A DNA stretch of 64,000 nt. Origin: Ignavibacteria bacterium. GTDB taxonomy: Bacteria; Bacteroidota; Ignavibacteria; Palsa-1295. Made by a program: the position numbers and the translations under genes. Where the stretch lies: the NCBI GenBank assembly GCA_013287605.1, contig JABDDM010000002.1:1145-65144 (forward strand), in the 5' to 3' direction. The notes below the pieces were generated by a model that saw only the letters and a list, made by a program, of their open reading frames with translations, was not told the DNA's origin and ran no database searches. The first letter of the stretch is position 1. Each line of letters opens with the position of its first letter. Positions 10,801 to 19,927 of this stretch are shown here, in pieces.

Positions 10801-12042
10801 CGAGCTCAGTACCGGGATCGGTTGAACTCCCTCGCCAGTGAACTGCACGCTATCGAGCGGCACATTTTGCGCTTGCACGAGCATCGTCGCAGCATATTGC
10901 TGCCTAAGCATTGGAGCAAAATGCACGCGCATCTGCCAGTTGCTTGCAGGTGATACCGTGACCTGATCCTTCTGCGAGATTACCGGCTGGGTCGTAAACG
11001 GGGACCCGATCGGATTGATCGGATTGCCGTACAGATACAGATTGGCGTTACCGCCATTGTAAACATTTGTATAACTCGTCACGAACGAATTGACGCGGAC
11101 CTTGCCGTAATCAATCCTGTGCGGCCCAATGGCTATCGCCGGTGCTCCCCCAACGCCATGAAGATGGACGATGCGGTGACGATTCGGTCCGTCGGCGTTG
11201 TGCGAATAAATGTGAAGATCGGCATCCACGTCAGACTTCGAGCTCGGGGCGAATCGGATCATGAATTCATTTGTCACTTCGGAGGAAAGCGTGAAGTGAT
11301 CACCTCGCTCTGAAAGAAAACTGAAATCACTCGAGCCGATGATCTGCACGCTATCGACCTGCAACGGATCGACGCCATAACTTTCGATCGAATCCGGAAT
11401 CGTTGCGGCAAAGCCGATCAACACAGTACCGAATTCTACCCGCTCCGACTGCAACGCGATGCCAGCAGTAAATCTGGCAAGATTGACACGAATCGCGCCT
11501 GTGCCGCTGCCATAATAATAGCCGTCGGGACGTTCGTTCAGCCGGTCCTTAATCCTAAATTTGAATGGGACGCCAGTACTGGCGTATCGAGCCGTGTATT
11601 TGTGCGAGACCTGGTAAGGCTCATTGACTCGAATGACGCTCTCGCCAAGTCGATTCGTATCGATCGCGACATAGATTTGATAATTCGTCCCGTTGAATGC
11701 CGGCGGATCGATCAGAGGGTACGGAGCCAGCCAACCTGGGACATTATAAGTATACCGCGCATCGAAACCGGTGCTATCCTGCCCGGCCCATAAGCCAAAG
11801 GTGCCTTTCAATTCCAAGCTTACGCCGATGCTGCTGGTCAGAACCATGTTGCTCGTAACAACACTGGGGTTGTTCGCATGAATCGTGAGCGAATCGCGTG
11901 GCGTTGCGATTCTCCATTGGGCATCAGCCGATCGAACGCTAATAAGCATGAAGCAAAGTAGCGCTGCAGAAAAGGTTGAGACACTCAATTGCTGAGCTAG
12001 CCGTGAGACGCGTGGGGACGGAGAAACGCTGTTCGTTCTCAT
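7864..12042 (-). CDS. Large T9SS-secreted protein with about 9 ASH/choice-of-anchor D Ig-like repeats
   Basis: Repeats of (I/L)DFG.V...N.G...L.......F.P; C-terminal QNSPNP...DVSGREV...GVYFYEF...KMII CTD; signal peptide ending ADA|QW. Start uncertain. Confidence 0.88.
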   Translation of the reverse strand: MRTNSVSPSPRVSRLAQQLSVSTFSAALLCFMLISVRSADAQWRIATPRDSLTIHANNPSVVTSNMVLTSSIGVSLELKGTFGLWAGQDSTGFDARYTYNVPGWLAPYPLIDPPAFNGTNYQIYVAIDTNRLGESVIRVNEPYQVSHKYTARYASTGVPFKFRIKDRLNERPDGYYYGSGTGAIRVNLARFTAGIALQSERVEFGTVLIGFAATIPDSIESYGVDPLQVDSVQIIGSSDFSFLSERGDHFTLSSEVTNEFMIRFAPSSKSDVDADLHIYSHNADGPNRHRIVHLHGVGGAPAIAIGPHRIDYGKVRVNSFVTSYTNVYNGGNANLYLYGNPINPIGSPFTTQPVISQKDQVTVSPASNWQMRVHFAPMLRQQYAATMLVQAQNVPLDSVQFTGEGVQPIPVLSSTSLSYGNVRRGDRVTKTVTLTNKGNMTATVVSAGLHGPNASAYQYSPNLTSFLLDVDSSINFNISFAPGTGPEGQRQAWLEFDYDDKSAQYVNLDGYEIEPKVFLGRDLIDFGKVEVSATKTDTVSIRNNGNVVLPIVTRPYIIPLSAPFQVPYAPLTLSSFQKDSIEVSFTPRVHGPVAAWLHTIVNGQMDSVYLVGFGAMAYPRLSLDTLDFGIHPAGIPSTLFTVLSDTGDFELRVAHLEITGPDQKDFTITAATPRSAFRIPAGRDTSLAVTFVTNAKTGMLHQALLSITYTDSSRGRVVLLGREQSQYIQFAQKSIDFGNVRVKTRALRQAIFSNGSNAILHVGNISISQTGTAFTVGDTVSTVRAQDTSNVAIYFQPPVRGSFTGYLHARDGDIKPDSVLLLGVGAAPVPTFSTRVVDCGLVVMPGTSSKTLTLTNAGDWYLKTSFAIVNDANNEFSIATGSGSTSTDSIWIGAKSDYTITFSPNVPRLLHSADLVFTYDDGLTDTIRLIGRDEYRKLVLDSTYINFGKVRVFKSAMQTVSLVNTSSTPLTVKSISLQPQTPPFSLDATGTIVVPTRTTQPIHITFSPMQRGVFQSKLEAVGGDMKNDTVVINGIGVAPIAQLAQATLDFGSQFVGGSSSQNTMLVNAGDWDLVVTGVSIAGPNMTDFDFSSIPTSFTLHPGDSIPLASTFLASSPLQLTPRTATLTFTLDDNSTFPLGLTELDKAPNATQIAFGNYLARPGDMVYEELRLRTPIAVSANVHELSGTFTFDTTIAQLVKIEKGGDVSNSNWTLTTTNSSAQTIESVHYDLRDPIDPLTQAGVLLRVTFMINKDATIGGKTELKHTSFQFFNTNQVAPLTVSGMIVVDSSCGSTHLQTGDVQGTFVQQNSPNPVGGSHHTSITFDVAHDNTQISIRVVDVSGREVLRPVDQHSFAQGRYSVLVRTNELQNGVYFYEFTAGDQKPMVKKMIISR

Positions 12043-12737
12043 CTGAGACCGAGTATCAAAGTTTGTTAAGAAGCACATAATTAACAGACGAGCATCAGAT
12101 GGTGGCTGAGGGAATCGAATCGACTCGTGCCGACCGACGCACACCGCTCCAAGTGCTACAAAAGACGTATTAAGACTAAATTGTTTCTCTACAATAACCC
12201 ATCATTGGGTTGGGCAATACATGTCACTATGGATGAGCGCTCCAAGTCTTCGAGCAAGAAGACAAAAGAACGGGCAAACAAGGCTGTCTCGAGCGATGAT
12301 CTTGGGCCAAATGGGCAAAATTCCCCCAACCACACCCTTCTCTCGACAAACTAATATACACAACCATACCACAAAATCCAAATTCTCACAGAACATTTGG
12401 CCATTTTTTGTCAGGAAAGCTAGAAGCTGGCGAAACGGGCTTAATTTGTCGTTAGGAAAGTCATCGCCTAGGATCATTTTCATTCCGTATTTTTCCCCTC
12501 AGAGAGAGGTACGAGAAGTTCACTTCTTCATTCGTGGCATGTTATCCACGACAGAGTCGTCCCCAGAGCCGACCGCAGCACGGTGCGACACAAAGCGATC
12601 GCAAGGATATCCATCTCAGGTTCAATGCGAGGGCATTATTTTTACCCCCTATCACTCGAAGCCGCGGTGTAACGATTCGCCAGCTTCCGAGTTGTTTTGT
12701 CTGGGTTCAACTAATGATAACCGTTCAAATTGGTCAC

Positions 12738-15230
12738 ATGAGATTATTTCTCGCTGGATTCCTCCTGATTTTTCTCTCAAAAGCCTCCTTCGCACAGCAA
12801 TGGCAGGCGATTGCGCCGATGCTTCAAGCCCGAGCTGAACATCGCGCTCTGAAGCTGAACGATGGCAGGGTCCTCATCGTCGGTGGACGTAATGCTGATA
12901 GTGCTCTATCAAGTTGTGAGATCTACGACCCAGTGAAGAACTCGTGGAAGCCAACTGGAAATTTACTTCAAGCCAGATATCGAAGTCAGGTGGTGAAATT
13001 GCGTGATGGAAGGATTTTCGCGACTGGTGGTCTTACCGATTTGAACGTAGCAACGACTTCGACGTGCGAGATTTATGATCCGGTCGCAGGCTCTTGGAGA
13101 TTTACCACGAGTATGCAGGATGCACGAGAGAATCATTCCAGTGCATTGCTACCAGATGGCAATGTCATACTCGTTGGTGGACTAGATGCGAATCAGCCGG
13201 CGTACCTGACCTCCTGTGATCTGTTCGACCCGGCAACAGAGCTGATGAAACGATTACCTCCGATGCTGATTCCTCAATTTGGGGAGCAAGTGTATTATTC
13301 TGTTATATTAAACGGACTGTTCGTTGTTGGTGGGTCCTATGGAGGATTTAGTGGCACGTGGGTCAACACAACACAAATACTTTCATTCTACGACACAACA
13401 TGGAGGAACGGCGCCTCATCTGTCTCTCCGCATGACGCACCATCCGTACAGCTACCGGACGAAAGAGTCATCGCACCAGGAGGCAGGATCGGTTCGACAG
13501 TTTTTACGACGCTTGTAGAAAATTTTAATCCTGTCTCGAATACATGGTCAACCATCGGCAATCTCGATCAAGAGCACTGGGGAGGCGCTGCCTATTTGGT
13601 CGGTAACGACACCGTTTTGCAATTCGGCGGGTCGACAAATTCAATTCCGAGTGCATCGCGAATAGATGGTTGCTCGGTTGTCAATCTTAAGAACAATCTT
13701 GAGTCGATAGGTCCCGCGATGCTATCGCCAAGATCGGCATTCGCTTCTATACTATTACTACAAGCTCCAGATGAAGGTCACTGCGTGACGCATCGCGATC
13801 TTTATGTTTTTGGTGGAGATCTTAGTGAGCACTCCGTGCTTGCCAGTTCAGAAAAACTCGATCTCGGTGTAGCTGATATCCCTCCTGAGATTCAACTCAA
13901 CGTTCAGCGAGTGTTATTGCCAGATTCCACTGCTTGCCGAGAGGTTGACACTGGCATTACAATTTTCAACGGCGGCTGCGACTCGATCGTCTTAGTAGGC
14001 ATTGCTACTCTTGACAATGGCATTGGTGTTCATTACAACTCATCATTGCTTCCAAGCAGCATTCGCCAGGGAGCAAGTAGCCCTTTTCCTATCTCGATCA
14101 TTCCATTTTTTTCGGACACCTCGATAACATCGGCTATTCAATTCACATTTGTTGATCGTGTCGGGGATACACTGCGCAGGTACGTTCGGGTGAATGCCAA
14201 CAAACCGATTGTGCCAACTGGACTGAATGGTCCTCTCAATCTTACTCTCGCAACGTCCCAATGTCACGCATTGGACACAGTGGTAGTGTTCCGCAATTTA
14301 GGTTGCCGTAATTTAATACTACATTCCGTGCTCATCCGAGGAGCAGACTCCAGCAGCTTCGTCTGTTCCTTACAGCGCGACACGTTGCTTCTGCCAGGTG
14401 ATTCCATTCATTTTCACATCACTGGTGCCTTCATCGCTCCAGGATTGTCGAATGTAACTCTCATTCTGCCTTATACGATCGATGGGCATGATTTGACAGC
14501 GAATGTAGCGATCTCGTGCTCCGTCGCGACCGGAGGCAAATCAGTGGCGCCAATTCTGATGCAAGCTCCTCAACAAGCTTTTTTGGGAGATACGGTGAGG
14601 ATTCCGATTTACATGTTCGTGAAGTCTTCGATCACAGTAAATGGTGTTTCGCTTAACTTGAGTTACAATACCGACTTGCTGCATCTGATAGGATGCGAGG
14701 GCGCTGGGACCGCAACTGCCAACTTGGTCTCAATATGCAGTGATGGCTTTGGTCATGGAACAGTCCGAATACCTCAAGCCTTTCTTGTTTCTCCACTCCT
14801 GCCAATTACTAAACTCGTGTTCGAAAGCTTCTCGACGAATACCTCCTGCACCAATCTGAGAGTGGATAACCTTTCGCTGGACCAGGATAACGGAATTCTA
14901 TGTCAGACTGTAGGCGAAACAGACTCCGTGCAGATCTGTCTGCAGCAGAGGTGCGGCGACCGGATGATAGCTGATTTGATGAACCATGTCCTGAACCAAG
15001 TTACTCTTGAACCAAACCCTGCCCAAACCGTTATACGGCTTCATTCTGGCGGGAGAACAGCACCCTTCACGGTAAGGATTTACGATGTTCTTGGAAGGTT
15101 GTGGAAGAGCTTCGACATGTCGCTTCAAAATATTCAGATCGACATTTCAACACTCCCTGAAGGCGAGTACACTATCGTTCTCAGAACAGGGAATCTCGCC
15201 AGCTACAAAAAGCTCTCAGTCTTGAGATAA
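12738..15230 (+). CDS. Kelch-repeat beta-propeller protein with T9SS CTD
   Basis: Signal peptide MRLFLAG...SFA|QQ; repeated R..H....L.DGRVL.VGG...CEIYDP; CTD LEPNPA...IYDVLGR...LPEGEY. Confidence 0.9.
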   Translation: MRLFLAGFLLIFLSKASFAQQWQAIAPMLQARAEHRALKLNDGRVLIVGGRNADSALSSCEIYDPVKNSWKPTGNLLQARYRSQVVKLRDGRIFATGGLTDLNVATTSTCEIYDPVAGSWRFTTSMQDARENHSSALLPDGNVILVGGLDANQPAYLTSCDLFDPATELMKRLPPMLIPQFGEQVYYSVILNGLFVVGGSYGGFSGTWVNTTQILSFYDTTWRNGASSVSPHDAPSVQLPDERVIAPGGRIGSTVFTTLVENFNPVSNTWSTIGNLDQEHWGGAAYLVGNDTVLQFGGSTNSIPSASRIDGCSVVNLKNNLESIGPAMLSPRSAFASILLLQAPDEGHCVTHRDLYVFGGDLSEHSVLASSEKLDLGVADIPPEIQLNVQRVLLPDSTACREVDTGITIFNGGCDSIVLVGIATLDNGIGVHYNSSLLPSSIRQGASSPFPISIIPFFSDTSITSAIQFTFVDRVGDTLRRYVRVNANKPIVPTGLNGPLNLTLATSQCHALDTVVVFRNLGCRNLILHSVLIRGADSSSFVCSLQRDTLLLPGDSIHFHITGAFIAPGLSNVTLILPYTIDGHDLTANVAISCSVATGGKSVAPILMQAPQQAFLGDTVRIPIYMFVKSSITVNGVSLNLSYNTDLLHLIGCEGAGTATANLVSICSDGFGHGTVRIPQAFLVSPLLPITKLVFESFSTNTSCTNLRVDNLSLDQDNGILCQTVGETDSVQICLQQRCGDRMIADLMNHVLNQVTLEPNPAQTVIRLHSGGRTAPFTVRIYDVLGRLWKSFDMSLQNIQIDISTLPEGEYTIVLRTGNLASYKKLSVLR

Positions 15231-15267
15231 TTTTGTCGACCCATTTCAACGATACTAACACTTCACG

Positions 15268-16155
15268 ATGGCTTCTTCGATCAAGCGATTGCTTCGACAT
15301 GGATTACGCAGCTACCTTACTTACACTCCCGTTAAGTTGGGCCGTTTTCCATTGATGATGTTCTTCCACAAGTTCTTGTCGGAGCCAGTCATCGAAGAGG
15401 TGGCGACGAAGGACCGCGGAAGAATGATTCTCGAGATTGATGACTGGACGCAGTACACCATGTACTACAATCTCTATGAGTCAAAATATGACAAGATCAT
15501 GCTCGCGCTAATGAAGGACACAAATGTGGTCCTTGATATTGGCGGGAACATTGGTCAGCATACCCTTTGGTTTGCTCGATATGCTAAGAAGGTCTATACC
15601 TTTGAGCCGCTCCCACGTCTCATCGAACGTTTGAAAAAACACATTGCGATGAACCGCTTGGAAAACAAGGTCACTCTAGTTACAAAAGCTCTAAGTGATG
15701 AACCTAAGACGTTAAGGATTACCGATCCTGAGCCCGGTATGAGCGGAATCGCGAGTACGATTTTGGGTCGTAATCAGAATGAGAAAACGGTTGAAATCGA
15801 CGCAATCCGACTTGATGACTATCTTGATTCTGAAGGAGTCAAGACAGTTGATCTAATTAACATCGATATCGAGGGCGCTGAGTTATTCGCACTCAAGGGG
15901 ATGCCCGAACTCTTGAAACGCTGCTCGCCCCCTCTTATTCTGGAAATGAATGACCTGATGATGGGACTTGCTGGATATACGTTCGATGACGTTCAGAATT
16001 ACCTCAGTCAGTTCGGATACCAGCCTTATCAAATGTTGAAGAATGGCCTTTCGGGTCCTGTACCTAAGATTATTTCCGACTCGGAGAATTTTTGTTTCTT
16101 GACTGCAGAACATTTGCAGATGCAGAAGATCAAAGACATTGTCGTTTCTGGATGA
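15268..16155 (+). CDS. FkbM-family SAM-dependent methyltransferase
   Basis: VLDIGGNIG, YTFEP, IRLDDY, IDIEGAE. Confidence 0.93.
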   Translation: MASSIKRLLRHGLRSYLTYTPVKLGRFPLMMFFHKFLSEPVIEEVATKDRGRMILEIDDWTQYTMYYNLYESKYDKIMLALMKDTNVVLDIGGNIGQHTLWFARYAKKVYTFEPLPRLIERLKKHIAMNRLENKVTLVTKALSDEPKTLRITDPEPGMSGIASTILGRNQNEKTVEIDAIRLDDYLDSEGVKTVDLINIDIEGAELFALKGMPELLKRCSPPLILEMNDLMMGLAGYTFDDVQNYLSQFGYQPYQMLKNGLSGPVPKIISDSENFCFLTAEHLQMQKIKDIVVSG

Positions 16156-16458
16156 TGACATTCTAAGTCCAGCAAGTTGCGCGAGGGCTCACCACCTCGG
16201 TGCCCGAATGGGAGCCGAGATCTTCAGCGGAAATCTGATACTGTCTGAACCTTGATTCTTGAGATTTTTGGAGTTGGGAGATGAGTTGACAGAAGCGATT
16301 TAATGCCATAATTTATGAAACTTTAAGCTTGTCGGAGGCGTTTACTTTAAGCGGGATTTCGGCCGTCAATCGGCGTGCCCAACCCATGGGATCCCCAACT
16401 AACCCTTCGGACTGTGATACCCTGCTCCCTAAAGATTTTGGTTTCGGATCCGACCCCG

Positions 16459-16556
16459 TGGATTCCCGCATGTGCGGGAATGACAATGACGGCGGTTGAA
16501 TGCGCGAAGCGCAGTAGAACGACGATCCTGTCCTTACCCGCGAAAGCGGGAATCCA
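16459..16556. repeat. Inverted REP-like doublet (GGATTCCCGC-N4-GCGGGAATGAC class)
   Basis: Units at 16459-16485 and 16529-16556 in opposite orientation around GCGCGAAGCGC; same layout at 45987-46082. Confidence 0.85.
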
Positions 16557-16915
16557 TCCCCAAACGTTGAGCCAAAACTCCCATTAGTTTTCTATACGAA
16601 GGAGAATTATGAATAAAGGGACTAACATACTTGACTCAGCAGACTAGCCCAGGTCTGCACCTCCCTACCTACCAACACGTTATGGCCTTTTCCACGCATA
16701 CAGTTGAGAACTCCTCAGCGCTTGTTGAAAGCTTCCGGCAATAAATGCGAATCATGTGCCCCGACTTTTGTAGATAATACGTCGCATCACTCTAAGTATC
16801 TGATTTTAAAAGAGTTAGTGCCTATTGGGGTGTGAGGAGCTTTCGGAGTTGAAAAACCCCGAAATAGTTGAGGGTAACCGTTGACGCGGTTACCCTCAAG
16901 GTCGATCTAAAAAGC

Positions 16916-16984
16916 GGGGCGGGCTATTGGTAGCAAGCTTGATTTGGCATCCGGCTAATGGGGGTTCGAATCCCCTCCGCTCCA
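16916..16984 (+). tRNA. Atypical tRNA-like element (Ala-type acceptor, UGG anticodon, shortened D arm); possible pseudogene
   Basis: Acceptor GGGGCGG/CCGCTCC+A; T arm GGGGG-TTCGAAT-CCCCT; anticodon arm CTTGA-TTTGGCA-TCCGG (one mismatch); D arm GCTA-TTGG-TAGC with no 8-9 linker. Confidence 0.55.
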
Positions 16985-17075
16985 CTGCTTTAGATCTCCA
17001 AATATACAACGGGATAACTCACATTTCCACCTAGAAGTGCCGAAAGGTGATAAATCCGAGGTTATCCACACTTAA

Positions 17076-17297
17076 TCACTGCGGAATCTCGATAATCCGC
17101 TCGCCTAGAGCGTTTTCTAAAAGCAGGATAGTCTTGAGCGTCAGGTTCGTCTCACCAGCAAGGATAGCGCTGATGTAGGACTTACCCTTACTCGTCGCAT
17201 CCGCGAGGTCTTGTTGATTCCAACCCTTTCGCTCTAGGATCATAGCGATCCGTTCAGCGATCTCCAGTTGGCGCTTTTCGAGAGTGATTTTAGCCAT
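17076..17297 (-). CDS. XRE/Cro-C1 HTH transcriptional regulator (IS cargo)
   Basis: GWNQQDLADATSKGKSYISAILAGETNLTLKTI; divergent from the transposase. Confidence 0.92.
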   Translation of the reverse strand: MAKITLEKRQLEIAERIAMILERKGWNQQDLADATSKGKSYISAILAGETNLTLKTILLLENALGERIIEIPQ

Positions 17298-17406
17298 TCA
17301 CTAGTAAGACAAAGTTTATTCAAAGATAGTTCAATTATATTGGAACCGCTTACTCCGTTTCTTCGTATCTATATACGTAAGAGTTCTATTATAATTGAAC
17401 TACTAA

Positions 17407-18339
17407 ATGCAAACCGTACCAAAGACCTTACTCGAAGTGATCCGATATTTCTCAGACAAGAAGAACTGTGTTGAGTTCGTGAAGAACCTCCGTTGGCCGG
17501 ATGGTAGCGTGGCGTGTCCGAAGTGTGGGACCCTCAAAGTGAAGGAGCTTGCTACACGTCAGATATGGCAGTGTGGTGAGAAGGGCTGTCGCAAGCAGTT
17601 CTCAGTTAAGGTCGGTACGATCTTCGAGGATTCAGCGCTCACACTTGACAAGTGGCTGATTGCAATGTGGATGATCTCAACGTGTCGCAATGGTGTGTCC
17701 AGCTACGAAATTGCACGTTCCCTCGGTATCACTCAGAAGAGCGCATGGTTTCTCTTGCACCGCGTCCGTGAATGTATGCGTCGTGGTACGGTTACAAAGC
17801 TCACAGGGACCGTTGAAGTCGATGAGACCTACATCGGTGGCCTTGAGAAGAATAAGCACTCCTGGAAGAAAGTACACGGTGGCAACATCGGCAACAAAGT
17901 TATTGCGATGGGCTTAGTTGAGCGCGATGGTGACGTTATTGCAAAAGTTGTTGATGATACCACGTATACTTCGCTAAGCAAAGAGATAGAACTGCACGTC
18001 GAGAAGGATGCAAAGCTCTATACCGACGAATGGCGTAGCTACATGAAGTTGGGAGCGACATACGATCACTTCGTAGTCAATCACGGTGCAAAAGAGTACG
18101 TTCGAGGTAATGTCCACACCAACACCATTGAAAGCTTCTGGTCGCTCTTAAAGCGCGGCTTGAAAGGCACGTACATTCACGTTGCTCCGTTTCATCTTGA
18201 TCGTTACATCGACGAACAGGCACTCCGTTTCAACCTTCGTAAGGGTTCGGAGTTCAACCGCCTTGAGGTAGTAACGGCGCAAAGCATCGGACGTAGACTC
18301 ACTTGGAATGAACTGACTGGCAAAGCCGCCACAGAATGA
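17407..18339 (+). CDS. IS1595-family transposase
   Basis: Zn ribbon CPKCG...CGEKGC; VEVDETYIGG, LYTDEW, VHTNTIESFWSLLKR, YIDE..RFN. Confidence 0.97.
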   Translation: MQTVPKTLLEVIRYFSDKKNCVEFVKNLRWPDGSVACPKCGTLKVKELATRQIWQCGEKGCRKQFSVKVGTIFEDSALTLDKWLIAMWMISTCRNGVSSYEIARSLGITQKSAWFLLHRVRECMRRGTVTKLTGTVEVDETYIGGLEKNKHSWKKVHGGNIGNKVIAMGLVERDGDVIAKVVDDTTYTSLSKEIELHVEKDAKLYTDEWRSYMKLGATYDHFVVNHGAKEYVRGNVHTNTIESFWSLLKRGLKGTYIHVAPFHLDRYIDEQALRFNLRKGSEFNRLEVVTAQSIGRRLTWNELTGKAATE

Positions 18340-18548
18340 ATCAGAAACCGAACGCATCACACGGTCCCGAGAACTCAGAACCCGACAACCTAGACCAAAA
18401 GGACAATGGGAAGTCGAGCGAAGAGAACGACTTAAAAAAGTGGGACGAGTTCAAGAACCTCGTCCAGAAGGTAGTAAACCTCCCCGAGTCAGATGTCGAA
18501 AAGGTCAAGCGCAAAGTCCCAAGCAACCGAAAATCAAAAGAAAAATAA
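18336..18548 (+). CDS. Small ORF translationally coupled to the transposase
   Basis: ATGA overlap with the transposase stop; 70 aa, charged, amphipathic WDEFKNLVQKVVNLP. Confidence 0.7.
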   Translation: MNQKPNASHGPENSEPDNLDQKDNGKSSEENDLKKWDEFKNLVQKVVNLPESDVEKVKRKVPSNRKSKEK

Positions 18549-18608
18549 TCGTTAGACGCGAGGGGATGACAGGGGCAAGATGGTGGCGAGAAAACGTCAA
18601 TATTTAGG

Positions 18609-18956
18609 CTACGGAGTTCTCATTTTTCGCCTTTTCAACTCTTTCCCCATCCTAGTAGCGGTGAACTGCAATCCCCCTTTGTCCAAGTAGGTGTTGTAGT
18701 CTGCTAGAAGTTGCTTGTTCGTCACCTTCGTAAAATCGATACTATCTAACTCCGGCGAGGAGCGAGGCCCTTTGATTCGGGAAAGAATATCCTGAGTCTT
18801 TTCCATGTCCGTTGGATGCTTCCCACCTCCTGAAGATAGCCCCCCATGCGACGAATGCCCATGCAACTTCGAATTCTTTGCTCCCTCCCTCGCTATGTGC
18901 CGTTGATGGATTTGCTCTCTCGTAAGACCTGATTTGCCGTGACCTAGTTGTCTCAT
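18609..18956 (-). CDS. Small basic hypothetical protein (IS cargo)
   Basis: ATG at 18956; 115 aa, His/Gly/Lys-rich N-terminal half; no recognised domain. Confidence 0.55.
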   Translation of the reverse strand: MRQLGHGKSGLTREQIHQRHIAREGAKNSKLHGHSSHGGLSSGGGKHPTDMEKTQDILSRIKGPRSSPELDSIDFTKVTNKQLLADYNTYLDKGGLQFTATRMGKELKRRKMRTP

Positions 18957-19002
18957 AATGATATTAAATGGATTAACGTACTTGCACGAACGTTGACACG
19001 GC

Positions 19003-19704
19003 ATCAAAATTCCACCTGTTCACAAAATCCTTCTCTCAGCCGCGGTTTGGCTGGCTTTCACGATAGGTCCGACACAGGCCAATCAATCTAGGCACAGCGT
19101 AGACCGTCATGAACGATGGCCCGTAAAAACACTTGAAGATGGCTTCGAGCCGAACGGCGTTGTAGAACACACATCGATTGACAAGCTAGCGAATGAAGAT
19201 ACTCTACGATACCTTGGTAATGATTCTCCACGCATGGAGCGAGAGAAACAGATAATTGAATTCACAGCGATCCTTTTGGGCTACAGGATAGAGCACGATG
19301 GCGACCTTCACATTGCACTGAGAGATTCGCAAACCAGACAAAGGATGATTGCCGAAATTCCCGATTCGATTGAGTCTCCGAAACACGGGCGTCTTTTCGC
19401 CTCTTTGCGGATCGATCTCGAAAGGAGGTTCGGAAGAGCTACTTTGAACTTCAACTGGAGCAAGTTCTATAGAAAGAAAAGGGTGTTTGTTTCCATCCAA
19501 GGTGTCCTGTTTGTTGACAGACGGCATGGGAATAAGGTCGAGGCTAAGAACTTCGTTGAGTGCCATCCTGTTTTTATCCATGCGGTTTCCCGGGTAATGG
19601 CCCCGCTCTCAACATATGGCAGTCATGGAAGAGAAGATCAAGGTAGGGGATGTTGTCCAGCTCAAACAGGGAGGTCAAATCATGACCGTAACGCAGATCA
19701 ATAA
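19003..19704 (+). CDS. Putative exported hypothetical protein (IS cargo); start unclear, possibly decaying
   Basis: Frame is open from 18997, through a signal-peptide-like KILLSAAVWLAFTIGPTQA and ERWPVKTL, to the first ATG at 19234; contains DGDLHIAL, IAEIP, ECHPV. Confidence 0.55.
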   Translation: MKIPPVHKILLSAAVWLAFTIGPTQANQSRHSVDRHERWPVKTLEDGFEPNGVVEHTSIDKLANEDTLRYLGNDSPRMEREKQIIEFTAILLGYRIEHDGDLHIALRDSQTRQRMIAEIPDSIESPKHGRLFASLRIDLERRFGRATLNFNWSKFYRKKRVFVSIQGVLFVDRRHGNKVEAKNFVECHPVFIHAVSRVMAPLSTYGSHGREDQGRGCCPAQTGRSNHDRNADQ

Positions 19705-19885
19705 AAAGATGGGTGATGACTTTGAATCTGCGTTTTGCTCGTGGCCTCTGAATGGTGTCGCCCATCACGGGGCGTTTGCGCTTGCAGCACTCAAGAGAGC
19801 ATCTAAGGGATCTATTCGAGCCTTTAGGATTCAGGGCTTCTTGGCTGGAATTTTTCCCTTCATGAATAGGGGCAAATCTTCATAA
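19625..19885 (+). CDS. DUF2158/YodC-family small protein (IS cargo)
   Basis: KVGDVVQLKQGGQIMTV...CSW signature. Confidence 0.85.
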   Translation: MEEKIKVGDVVQLKQGGQIMTVTQINKKMGDDFESAFCSWPLNGVAHHGAFALAALKRASKGSIRAFRIQGFLAGIFPFMNRGKSS

Positions 19886-19927
19886 GTTGATCAGGCCCGA
19901 CTTCAATTCGAACACGGAGTCAACCCC

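Noticed and set aside
12127..12737. ORFs 12127-12354, 12202-12483, 12221-12838 and the N-terminal extensions of the flanking genes
   Set aside because: Mutually overlapping and motif-free; signal peptides place the real starts near 12042 and 12738.
16375..16587. 70-aa ORF (also 45986-46198 and 46027-46227)
   Set aside because: These are translations of REP palindromes (WIPACAGMT, VIPAQAGIH).
16916..16984. tmRNA, or an integrase attachment-site remnant
   Set aside because: The ends are Ala-like, but there is no tag ORF or pseudoknot region, no integrase, and no duplicate 3' fragment in the window.
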